Assembly (NCBI GenBank): GCA_963822585.1
Contig: CAWGIE010000026.1
Span: 224,001 to 288,000 of the forward strand
DNA length: 64,000 nt
From: an uncultured bacterium
GTDB taxonomy: Bacteria > Auribacterota > Erginobacteria > Erginobacterales > Erginobacteraceae
Direction of reading: 5' to 3'
The notes beneath the pieces were generated by a model. The model saw nothing but the letters and a program-made list of their open reading frames with translations. It was not told where the DNA came from and did not search any database. Positions 8,668-19,039 of this stretch are shown here, one piece after another. The position numbers were made by a program, and so were the translations under genes. How positions within the stretch are numbered: position 1 is the stretch's first letter; the number at the start of each line of letters is the position of its first letter.

Positions 8668-10167
8668 ATGGCTCAGGGCGATATTCTCCGGCTCATCCTT
8701 CCCAACGATCTGAACTACCTGCATAGCGCGCAGAACTTTGTGCGCGATGCGGCCACCCTCTTCGGCTTGGCCGAGGGAGAACTTTTCCAGCTCGAGATCG
8801 GCATCGAAGAAGCCGTTACCAACGTCATGAAGCACGCCTATGACGCCGAGGAAAACCGATTCTTCGAGATCGCCTGCGAGTCGATCCCCGCCGGCATCAA
8901 GGTGGTGATCAAGGAAAAGGGAATCCCCTTTGACCCGGGCCAGATTCCCCGGTATACCTCCGGGACTACGCCGGAGGACTTCTCCAGCAAGGGATTGGGC
9001 TCGTACTTGATGCACCAGATGCTCGACGAGGTCTCATACCACAACCTCGGTCTTGGCGGGAAGGAGACCCATCTGGTCAAGTACCGCAAGGATAAGGCCA
9101 CGATCGAGTCCGAAATCCGCAGCGCCCAGGAGACCATGTCGGAACCGGCGGTGATCCGGGAGAAGGTCGCCTATGATGTCCGCGGCCTCCAGCCCGGGGA
9201 AGCCATCCAGATAGCCAAGTGCGCCTACCAGTCGCACGGGTACAGTTTTTTTGACGACCACATCTACTACCCCGAGCGGCTGATCCACATGAACGAGACC
9301 GGGGAGATGATCTCCGCCGTGGCCGTGACCAAAGACAACGTGTTCATGGGCCACGCCGCGTTGCTGTACCAGTATCCAGAGGATAAGTGCGCTGAACTCA
9401 CCTTCGTCTTCGTCAACGTCGAATACCGGGGGCAGGGCGCCTTCAACCGCCTGATCGAGTATCTCTTCGCCTGTCCGAAACGGCGCGAACTTCAGGGTGT
9501 GTATGCCTACGCCGTCGCCAACCACGTCTTTACCCAGAAGGCCATGATGCGTTATCAGATCAACGACTGCGGTCTGCTTCTGGCAACCAGTCCGGCCTCG
9601 TGGAGATTCAAGGGCATCGCCGGGGACGGAGATCAACGCATCAGCGTCGTGCTCAGCTACAAGTACACCGGCCCGGTCCAAAAGCTCCGCCTCTACCCGC
9701 CGGCCCACCATCGGGCCATGATCGAGAAGCTGTACCGCAACATCGGCGCGCGGGAACATGAATACCGGGACCCCGATCCGGACGCGCTCAGTCTGGCGGA
9801 GGATTCGGAGATTCTGACCGGGATCAACGAGGCCGAAGGCTGCGCCGAAATCTTTGTCTCACGCTACGGCCGCGATGTGGTCCGCGACGTGCGCCGGTTA
9901 CTCAGGAAGTTCTGCGTCAAGCAGATCGCCTGCATCAACGTGTTCCTGAACCTCGAAGACCCCGCCACGGCCCTGATGACCGCCGAAATCGAATCACTGG
10001 GCTTCTTCTTTGCCGGTATCCTTCCCCACGCCCGGATCGGCGACACGCTGATTCTCCAGTATCTCAATAATGTGGACCTGGACTACGCGCGGATCAATGT
10101 CTACTCGGACATGGCCAAGGAGATCCTGGCCTACATCAAGGAGCGGGACCCCAACGAGGCTATCTAG
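8668..10167 (+). CDS. RsbW-like anti-sigma kinase domain fused to GNAT-like domain
   Basis: EEAVTNVMKHAY, GIPFDP, KGLGSYLM (GHKL boxes); FVNVEYRGQG acetyl-CoA motif. Confidence 0.85.
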   Translation: MAQGDILRLILPNDLNYLHSAQNFVRDAATLFGLAEGELFQLEIGIEEAVTNVMKHAYDAEENRFFEIACESIPAGIKVVIKEKGIPFDPGQIPRYTSGTTPEDFSSKGLGSYLMHQMLDEVSYHNLGLGGKETHLVKYRKDKATIESEIRSAQETMSEPAVIREKVAYDVRGLQPGEAIQIAKCAYQSHGYSFFDDHIYYPERLIHMNETGEMISAVAVTKDNVFMGHAALLYQYPEDKCAELTFVFVNVEYRGQGAFNRLIEYLFACPKRRELQGVYAYAVANHVFTQKAMMRYQINDCGLLLATSPASWRFKGIAGDGDQRISVVLSYKYTGPVQKLRLYPPAHHRAMIEKLYRNIGAREHEYRDPDPDALSLAEDSEILTGINEAEGCAEIFVSRYGRDVVRDVRRLLRKFCVKQIACINVFLNLEDPATALMTAEIESLGFFFAGILPHARIGDTLILQYLNNVDLDYARINVYSDMAKEILAYIKERDPNEAI

Positions 10168-10186
10168 GCGTCCCGCGGTTCCATTC

Positions 10187-10864
10187 ATGCTCTTCCCCGC
10201 GCTTCAAGGCAAACCCATGTGCCGCATCGACCTCGACCGCGAGGCCGTGCGGTGGCTGGCCCGTCGGAACCTGACCCCGGCCGACGGCAACCCGTTGCTC
10301 GATCCGGCGGTCTGCCAGCGGCTGCTGGAGGATTTTCACCGGCGGCACAACGTTGTCTGGTCGTATGGAGGGTACCTCGAGGACCGACGCCACGTCTGGC
10401 GCGGCAGCTATCTCGACCGGACGGAAAGTTACGTGCACCTGGGTATCGACTTCCACGTTCCCCAGGGGACAGCCGTTGTCACCGAGTTCGACGCGGATAT
10501 TGCCCTGGTGGAGAACGACCCTGATACCGACGGCGGCTGGGGCGAACGGATTTTCCTGCGGCCGACACCGGCGGGTGCCGAACCGCCGGCCCGTGACGTG
10601 CTCCTGATCTACGCCCACCTCCAGAATGTCGCCGTCAATCCCGGCGCTCACGTGCGCCCCGGCATGGTGCTCGCCGAGGTGGGCGGCCCCCCGCTCAATG
10701 GCAACTGGGCGCCCCATCTGCATGTCCAGGCCATCCAGCGAGCTATGTTTGAGGACATTCTCTTGAACCGGTTCTCCGAGCTGGACGGCTACGGCCCCCG
10801 TGACCGGCTGGAAGAACTCCGTCGCCAGTTCCCGGACCCGCTCGATTTCGTGCGCGTCGAGTGA
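10187..10864 (+). CDS. M23 family peptidase domain protein
   Basis: HLGIDF, YAHL, NGNWAPHLHVQ motifs; start approximate. Confidence 0.8.
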   Translation: MLFPALQGKPMCRIDLDREAVRWLARRNLTPADGNPLLDPAVCQRLLEDFHRRHNVVWSYGGYLEDRRHVWRGSYLDRTESYVHLGIDFHVPQGTAVVTEFDADIALVENDPDTDGGWGERIFLRPTPAGAEPPARDVLLIYAHLQNVAVNPGAHVRPGMVLAEVGGPPLNGNWAPHLHVQAIQRAMFEDILLNRFSELDGYGPRDRLEELRRQFPDPLDFVRVE

Positions 10865-10870
10865 CGGCGA

Positions 10871-10893
10871 ATGGAGGCGGGGGGAGTCGAACC
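10871..10893 (-). repeat. Duplicated tmRNA 3' end (att site)
   Basis: ATGGAGGCGGGGGGAGTCGAACC identical to 19038-19060. Confidence 0.92.
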
Positions 10894-11630
10894 AAGTGGG
10901 CTTGAAATACCCCTAAAATTCCTGATTAACGCTCAAAATGGGGTCATCTCCTGCCATCTGGCACCGTGATTTATCACCAAAATGGTTACATAATGGTTAC
11001 ACTATTTCCCGGAAAGAGCAGTAGGATAGCACCACGCCAGGGGAGATCGGGCTGCTACGGGCCGGCCAAGGGGCAAATAACAAGGGAACAGACAGATCCT
11101 GGAAAAACACTACCTCAACCCCAGAGGGGAAACTTCATTCTGATCGACAACGCGGATCCGGTTATAGCATGAAAGTAGCAATGCAATTACCTGGCACGAG
11201 CCGAGATCGGGACCCTGATCAAAGATAGAAGGCTCTGATTCAGGCAATCTCCGGGAAACTGTTCCGGTGGATGGGTTCAAGAAGCATTGGGAAGTGGCTT
11301 CCGGGGGGATTCCTGAGTAATGAAAAAAAGGAACATGCCAGGCTGTACGATCGGACGGTGAGCCCTGCCTAGCTACGGCTCAGGCTGGGAAGGATCTTGG
11401 TTTTTGGCATGATCCCGAACCAGGCGCGGATCACGGCAAGCCGTGACGGGGGATTGAACCGCCGACACAGACCGGTAACGATCCCGTCTGCGGAGGAGTT
11501 GGACCCCGCGGCGCCCCGGGCGATCCTGGCGGGGGTTGATCGAGGCCACAGTCACCGGGGGCCTTGGATCCGGCCCCGGCCCGGACCGTGGGTTATCTCC
11601 TCCAAATTGATTGGATAAGTTCATGAAGGC

Positions 11631-11664
11631 AAAAAAAGAAGCCCCTGCGGAGAGCAGGGGCTTC
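11631..11664 (-). terminator. Rho-independent terminator
   Basis: 11-bp stem GAAGCCCCTGC/GCAGGGGCTTC followed by T7 on minus strand. Confidence 0.85.
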
Positions 11665-11682
11665 ATATTCAAACTCAACTGA

Positions 11683-11709
11683 TTATATTTCTTTTTCTCC
11701 GAAGTTCAT
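11683..11709 (-). CDS. Candidate 8-aa micropeptide MNFGEKEI
   Basis: SD AAGGGAGGT 6 nt before ATG; lies between its own promoter and terminator. Confidence 0.45.
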   Translation of the reverse strand: MNFGEKEI

Positions 11710-11751
11710 GATGCTACCTCCCTTTAGGAGATCCAATTCATTCTCAGTTAC

Positions 11752-11781
11752 ATAATACGATTTATTACGCCATATTGTCAA
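11752..11781 (-). promoter_or_regulatory. Near-consensus sigma70 promoter
   Basis: TTGACA-N18-TATTAT on minus strand. Confidence 0.7.
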
Positions 11782-11800
11782 TAGGGTTTTTGTTGTATTT

Positions 11801-12718
11801 TTATTCGTCTTCTGGGCATATTGCTTCCATCTCAGTGCGGATAAAGTCAAAATCTTTATCCTCTTTGGCCTGAATGCAGTTTTCGGGATGATCCCTTGTT
11901 GCGAGTTGCAAAAATTCTAAAGCTTCATGCACGAGACGTTCAACTTCTTCCGCCCTGCCAGAATCGGCATTTTCTTTAGCCGCTTTCAGGGAGTGATAAC
12001 AGGCTATATTATAATTTGCATCCGCTATATTCTTATTAACCTCTTTGAGTGGTGTCTCACCTGAATCGCGGATGTTATCTAATTGTTTGATGAACTCTCT
12101 TAAAGATAAAATGGCATTATCATAATCGTCAATTTTTCTATATAGGCGACCTAAATAAATATTGAGTGTGCGATCAGTGGGAAATTTTTTCTTTAGTTCT
12201 TCGAGATTATTTATCGCAATTTCAATGTCAGAAGTATTGTCACTCGCAATTTTTGTTTCTGCTGTTGAAATTCCAGACTAATATGTCCTTTAGTAGTTCC
12301 TTCTTCTGTTATCTCAGCCTTTACTTGCTCAAACCTCTTTCCTAAAAGGGCCTCCTGGATTTTTACCCCCATTGATGGATAATTTCATGATGCAATGTCC
12401 TGCAAAATACCAATACCGATTAGGAGTATTATATCTTGAAGAAGCGTTGAATTCTAACTTAAATTGTAACTTCCAGATTAATATAACAATTGCGAAAATT
12501 CCAAATGATCCAGCCAGCCCAATAACAGCTCTCCCGATCCAATAGTATTTGCTTTTATACAATTTTAGTCTATTAATGTATGATTTCTGTTCAAGTTGAT
12601 CTCCAGAAAATTGTTTATTAATGGAGATCACATAATCATAAATCCCACCGATCAAACCCCCAAATAATCCAGCTGTAATGCCTACTAGTATAGCTTCCCC
12701 ACAAGCAAGCTGCTCCAT
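11801..12718 (-). pseudogene. Membrane-anchored TPR protein, frameshifted
   Basis: N-terminal TM helices; open C-terminal frame 12277-11801 reads NIYLGRLYRKIDDYDNAI...YNIACYHSL...AKEDKDFDFIR; frame breaks ~12280-12430. Confidence 0.7.
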
Positions 12719-12905
12719 TATGCACCTTCCGTTTTTATTACCAATCTTATTGCTCAGCGTATTGCCGAATGTTGTTGTACCGATTCCCCAAGTTTCACCA
12801 GACAAGCGAAACACCGTAAATCAGCGAATCTCCCGGTTAAGTTTCCCAGGGTTGAATAATTATACGGATATCACGATGGCAGCAATGCATTTTTTATATG
12901 GTTCT

Positions 12906-13727
12906 CTATCTCACACCTACATCGAAATAATAATCAACAGACGGACCGTCCATATACAACCACTTGGCTTGGCCGAGAACCACATCCGACGATCGAGGGA
13001 ATCTGTGTCTTAAAAGTGAATTGTATATACTGGGCCAGTTGATACCAACTACTATTCCGACCAGCACATGTGAAAGCGTTATGAAGTACGCGTCTTTATC
13101 GTCGTTGGATGCAACAATTATCCAACGGTATTCATTCTCGCCTTCCCAGTCCGTGTGTTTATGAAGCAAAAAATAATCCCGATGATCTCGATCTTCGATG
13201 AATTCGTCGACGCTTCTTTCAATGTCTGGGGCTCGGAACATTACGGGTGCGGAAAATGGAAAGGAGTTTGCGTAGTAGACTTCTTTATGCAGTAATTCAT
13301 CGTGTGTGCTCAGGACCTTTCGAACTTCTGAATCCATTTTATTGCGATGAAGAAGCAAGCATACGCCCTCATGGTTATCGGCATATTGGGCCCACATACG
13401 AGGACGCAGATAACAATCATAGACGTCGTCTATGGTGTTCATCGTTCCGCAGCAAACGTAAGCGCGATTGCGCAGTTTACGGTTAAGATGTTCATTAGCC
13501 CTGTGTGTATATTCCTCCACATTAGTCAGATTCGCACCGTGTACCCCGACGGAGGGAAATGACCATTCCTTACTTTCACGTGGATCATTAGTATTCGTTA
13601 ATCGTCCTAACCGCAATGTGTCTGAAGGCAAAATGCATTCGAGAAATGTTTCCTTTCGGGTGTAATGTGCAATGACAGAGGACGATGAGTGCCGCTCTTT
13701 CAATTTGCGATCGAACATCCGTTCCAT
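12906..13727 (-). CDS. DUF2971-like protein
   Basis: HYT, TNDPRE, MWAQYADNHEGVCL, KHTDWEGENEYR. Confidence 0.8.
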   Translation of the reverse strand: MERMFDRKLKERHSSSSVIAHYTRKETFLECILPSDTLRLGRLTNTNDPRESKEWSFPSVGVHGANLTNVEEYTHRANEHLNRKLRNRAYVCCGTMNTIDDVYDCYLRPRMWAQYADNHEGVCLLLHRNKMDSEVRKVLSTHDELLHKEVYYANSFPFSAPVMFRAPDIERSVDEFIEDRDHRDYFLLHKHTDWEGENEYRWIIVASNDDKDAYFITLSHVLVGIVVGINWPSIYNSLLRHRFPRSSDVVLGQAKWLYMDGPSVDYYFDVGVR

Positions 13728-13939
13728 GTGTTAGGCCTCTTAAGAAATGTTCCGCTCATATGGCGTATCGGCTTAGCCCTATAACGCATTACTATATTAC
13801 CCATAGTTATAAAGATTGATCTCTACAAGATAGCAAAAATAAGATTATTTGTCCCGGGATTATTCAGCAAGCAATATCTCCGCATAACTTAACCCAGCCC
13901 GGGGAAACTTTGGCGGGAATTTCTGTTTTTCAGGATGCT

Positions 13940-14425
13940 TTAATCAGTCGGCCAAATAATTTTTTTTGCAGTCTCACTAACGATATCGACTAGGATATCT
14001 CTAACAGCTATTGCGGAATGTTGACCTAATTTTGCTATCGTGCGTTTAAAACGTGTGGCACCCAATTGAGTGCGCGGGGTATCTCCAACAATATCCTGAA
14101 TGCTTTCAGCTACTTGTTGTTCTTCTTCACTATTCAGTTTCGCTTCTTCTCGGATCAACTCGACAGCGGCGTTAATTCTTCTCTCTGTCCATGGCAATGG
14201 TTTCCCGCAATTATAGCAGTAGAGGGCGGAAAATAAGAAATCACACCGGCGATATGCGCGTGATGGTAGGATCCTCTTATCGGAGTTTCACAATTCGGGC
14301 ATGTCGTTATCGTTTTCTCGCCGCAAGTATGGCAATAATCTTCCATTCTCCTGGGATTGAGTTTTAGCATGCTGTTAATGACATGTCCGTTAAACACAAC
14401 TAACTATATGGTATCCGTCTTGCAT
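13940..14425 (-). pseudogene. DUF2321-like zinc-ribbon protein, frameshifted
   Basis: NGHVIN, YCHTCGEKTITTCPNCETPIRG, then PWTE...DTPRTQLGATRFK...DIVSETAKK in another frame. Confidence 0.75.
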
Positions 14426-14788
14426 TGATCATGATCCTCTATGATTGATTTCATTTCCGGATCCTGGGCTTTCCCTCCCTTTCTCTCTGGCTTCGCCGCA
14501 TGGTAGATCCGGACTCTCCTATTTAGAGACATCATCAACTGGACTCCCGAGCGGACTGTCTTATCGCCGGCGATAAACTGGATCGAAGCGGCCGTGCCAA
14601 GGGAGATAATCGTATTCCAGCGCTGGAAATATTCCAACTCACTCCGGATTTGCAGCATGCATTCCACCATATATTTGATAAATAGTGTCTGCGGGAACGT
14701 TCTCGCTCCTCGGGCGGACTGCCCGAGGCTTGAAACCGGAAAGCCACCCTTTCCGAAAAATCTGACTTACCCAAAATTATATTTGCGC

Positions 14789-17257
14789 CTATAAGACGAT
14801 TGAGACAGGCACTCCGACCTGTATGGCGACGGGGGTGTGGTGTCGATAGCTTCTGGAGGAGTCCGAATAGATACGATCAACGAATACCGACATCGACGAT
14901 TCCATTTTCCCGAATTGTCGTTCGCGCCACCAACCGACCGCTGGGTATATGGCCAGGAGGTTAGATGAGGCCAGATCCAGGGCTGTCCCTCCCCATATAT
15001 CCGAATGGATTGAGCCGACATTTCTAGCTCACCGATCAACCATCGGTCCCTAGGGCCATCGGTGTCTATTTCATCATCATCTTCTCGCACAGACGCGTTG
15101 ATGCGGCGGTGAAATTCGTTTTCGGACTCACCAGGACCATTGAGTACAAAGCGAAGCGCATGTAAGGATAGCGATAACGGGTCTTCCATCCCACTTCGCC
15201 GGGACCAGGTTCGATGTAATATGATAGGGTAACACGCATCGTGACCGCTGTTTCGCCCAAATCACGGAGGACGTCGACTGGCCATGGCAGCTCGTATAGA
15301 TGGAGATCGCGAGTAACGTACCTACTCCCAACCCTGTCATAGGGCTGCATTTCCGCCTGAGAAATAAGGGTCAGCGAATCGGAAGCGCAGTACAAAGCTC
15401 GCTCTAAGTTGGGTACACCGAAACCGCAGATCCGCAGAAAACGTGCATAGGCAGTTTTATTTAAGGGGATGTCAGAAACTGTCGTCGCATTTCATTAGTC
15501 CACTCGGCGGAGTGAACAATGAGTCCACGAACGGTCTCCGGCCACGTATCGGGATACTCGTGGAGTATCCGTGCAGCCATCCAAGCGGCTTGGGCTGATG
15601 CCGCACTCGTGGCCGCGAAGGGCACGAACTGCTCCTTATGCGGTTCATGTGATGTTGAAAGTAGCTTCAGGTCATCAGGATCATATATAGCGTCATTCGG
15701 CCCTCGGGCAACGTTTCCCCCCTGGAATGATATTTCAGGTTTGATAGGCCATATGCGGTCCGGCCATATGGCAGTCTGTGCTATAAGGCGAAAGGCCACC
15801 GGCTGGAGCAATCGGAGTAAAATTGGCCAACATGGGATCGTCGATTCGTACCTTCTCAGTGAACGCACCAACTGTTAGAGCATTCCATGACTGAGCGGGA
15901 TCGTGGACCTCATTCGTCTCGTTGTCTGACGGGTAGTTTGCCCAGTTCTCTGGGCGATCGACAGTGCCTACACTTATAACGAAGAGTCGCTTAGTCTCGT
16001 CTTCGGCCCCCGAAGCCAGCTCATCCAGTGTCGCCGACCAGGAAGAGGGGCGGCCGCGGTCCTGGGAGTCTGTTGAGGTAATAGCCATACAGGCAACACG
16101 CCTGCGATGCGGTGCTTGAATTTCCGCTCGGCTGAGGCCTTGCGAGGTCATGTAGCCCCAGAGCTTGGAAGCCGTCCGTTCATCGCCGGGAGGGAGAATT
16201 TTGGCCGATTCAAGGCGATGGTGAACTTGAACAATCTCGCCAAAATTGAGAGCCGTCAATAGATCGTTGTAAGCCGCTATTCCGGCCATGAGTGTCCCGT
16301 GGCCATTATGATCGTAAGTTCCCCAGGCAGGAATCGCACTATGCCGGTCAGCGTCATTCAGTATCGGATGAATCAGCAGGTGCCCATTATTCACACCCGA
16401 ATCCAAAATACAAACGGCTATATTATCGTCTTGGGTGAATTCGGTGCGCCGAAGTAACTCTTGGACACGTTCCATTTGTTCCCTGTTCTCCAGAGCGATG
16501 TAGAACGTGGCAATTTCCTTGGCACAACGGAATTCTGCTATGTCGTCGGACGCAGCTAAAATGCGCTGAAGCTCTGCCCGGTTTGCCCGTATCAGAAGAA
16601 CAGCGCGCTCTGGAAACCGCAAATCTCCTTCCAGGACTTCAATCCGGAACTGTCCGAGCAACTCACGAAAACTAACTATGGTGTTTTGTTGATTGGACAG
16701 CCCTGTGCGCAGCCATACCTCAACCCAAGCGGGCAGGGCATCTGGGATCATGATGCGTTCATTCACTCGCCAGAATGATTCAAGGACTGAAAAGGATATG
16801 TCAGCGATGCTGTTGACCAGCTTTTCATTCTTCGGCCGTCCGCTGTCTCTACAGGTCTCCTCTGCGTAAGCAGTAATTCTGCGAACAAAGTACCCACGTT
16901 TCTCGTGCGGCACATAGACCGTCGCCATGGTTCGCTCCGTTCCCCCCTCACCCTCACGTCGAACATTCAGTAGACGTATTCCCGAGCTTATATTCTCAAG
17001 GCTCTGAATAACTAGATCGAATCCCGGCTCACTCACGAAATCGATATAGGCTCCCTCGCGTTCAACATGGGGCACGGCGTTACATTGGATGGTGGCCTGT
17101 AGCCATGCTTCCTGAAGACGCTGGTTAGGATCGGAGCTGTGCGGGATGCGATCTTGAGGGGGAATGCGCGGAGTGCTACTCCCCCTTCGGGGATTCGAGA
17201 ACTGTGCGTTATCGCGATGTCCGGTAGGAAGATGTGACGATAGTGCTCACCCGGCAT
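14789..17257 (-). pseudogene. S8 subtilisin-like peptidase (IetS-like), about 7 frameshifts
   Basis: VCILDSGVN (Asp), GHGTLMAG (His), ATSAA (Ser), IKPEI, GFGVP, MRVTLSYYIEP, RYSLIVSI spread over successive frames. Confidence 0.85.
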
Positions 17258-17263
17258 AGGTAG

Positions 17264-18234
17264 TTACCCCCTTTTTCCATGGTGCGCATCACGACGTTCT
17301 CTGAGCATCTGTCCAACCAACCCCACAGATCTCTTCGACCGGTCCGATAGGATGGTCGCCTTGATTGCGTCCCGGCATGCCTCGTCGATTTCAGCGTGCG
17401 AAAGCGTTTCACTAGCGACAAGAACTTGTTTCCCGGGAATCGCTTCGCCTGAAACCCAGCGAGCACGTTTTCGATTAGACGCTTGCGTTCCTTCTCATCA
17501 GGTAGCTGGTAGTACATTACATCATCAAAACGCCGATATAATGCACGATCCAGTAACTTGGGGCTATTGGTTACAGCAACAATCAGGCTGTCCGACGTAT
17601 CCTGTTCAATGAACTGTAAGAATGCATTCAAAACACGGCGCATCTCACCAACGTCGTTATCCAGAGAGCGTTCACCGCCGATAGCATCAAACTCGTCAAA
17701 AAGGTATATCCCGGGGTGTTGCTGGATCAGATCGAAAATCTGCCGCAATTTTGAGCTTGTTTCGCCCATGAACTTCGTCACCAGTTTATCTACTTGGATG
17801 GTGCAAAGCGTCAGTCGCAGCTCATGTGCCAGTATGCGCGCTGTCATTGTCTTTCCTGTGCCGGGAGGTCCGATCAGAAGAATCTTGCGGCGATGTGACA
17901 GCCCATGACTTTTGAGCTTGGCCTGTTGCCGGTATTCATAAATCACGCGGTCAATGCGTCCCCGGAGTGACGGTGATGCCACCAGGGATGACAGAGACAC
18001 ATCGGTGTTCTCCCGGAGGACGAGCCCGTGCAGTTCCTGAGGAAAGCGAAGGACGATCTCAGGGCCTCGGTCTCGACGGGCCTTGTCCACGATTTCACGA
18101 ATGTCATACGCCAGAGCCCCATGCCCCTGCTGGGCCTCATGTGCGGCTACTTGAAGCGAGATCGTGATGAAGCGCTCCATGTCGTCTCCAAAATGAGAAC
18201 GAATCAGCGATTTCAATTGTTCTGCTGTAGCCAT
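17264..18234 (-). pseudogene. AAA ATPase (IetA-like), one frameshift near the C-terminus
   Basis: MATAEQLKSLIRSH, GPPGTGKT, LFDEFD, NDVGEMRRVLN, RRFDD; tail LSHAEIDEACRDAIK continues in another frame after ~17435. Confidence 0.88.
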
Positions 18235-18420
18235 ATCCCCTCCCGACATTGAAAGCAATCGATCTACATATTGAGGTATTTAAAAACTCCTTCTGGCACA
18301 AACTGAAAACCTATGTCGTCATCATGCCACAAATCATCCCAGAGATAAGCTTTAAGAGCAAGAGATCGCGGGCTTGCCGGAATTGAATTGATAAGAAATT
18401 GTTTTCTATAGGTTTCCCGC

Positions 18421-18460
18421 TGACCTGTCCCCATTATTTGGGGCCACTTTTAAAGTGTAA
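18421..18460. mobile_element. Possible isolated IS3-family-like terminus
   Basis: TGACCTGTCCCCATTATTTGGGGCCAC resembles IS3-type ends; no partner end or transposase seen. Confidence 0.3.
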
Positions 18461-18991
18461 CGTAATCGCTTGAGATGTTTTCCAACTATGGACCACTCCG
18501 ATTAAAATTTTCAGGCCTACTCTAAATATAAAGAACCACCGCTTCCATCTTCTCTGAAGCAGTGGTTGGAACTCGCGAAACTCTGTGATGATTTTTACCC
18601 ATCGGGAAATCACCCGAGGTTATAGTTATCGAAAAGATAGGGGTATTTTACAGACTATTCGCATGGATCTTCAAGGTAAATCCCTGGAAAGACGGCAGCC
18701 CGGATCATTTTCCCGTCACAATAACACCAGGCCGCGCTCTGGCGCTTGTTCAGGAACCGGGTCGGACCTGCGTAAATAGTATATTGGCAGTTGTTAAGCG
18801 CTAATATGACCACCATATATGAGCTTAGAGTGCCAATTTCAAGGGTGTTTTTGGGGGTATAAGCAATCGCTTCTCAAGGACATCTGGGAGTATAGGGGCA
18901 GGAGGAGAATAGGGGGGATGAGCCTGTTAGTTTTCGAACTGATTAACCTGTGAGATATACTCACAGGGGTCTTGTTTAAGGAAAATTCATG

Positions 18992-19039
18992 ATAAAAAGA
19001 TAGCCCGATCCAGTTTTTTGGACCGGGCTATCTTTTTAT
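18992..19039. terminator. Bidirectional terminator immediately 3' of tmRNA
   Basis: ATAAAAAGATAGCCCGATCC...GGACCGGGCTATCTTTTTAT. Confidence 0.85.

Noticed and set aside
12820..13935. Integron attC sites between island genes
   Set aside because: TAAC/GTT words are present but there is no convincing R''-L''-L'-R' pairing and no intI
14404..14794. Short ORFs between DUF2321 and the S8 gene, and at 18585-18779
   Set aside because: No motifs or clear SD; cannot be supported as genes
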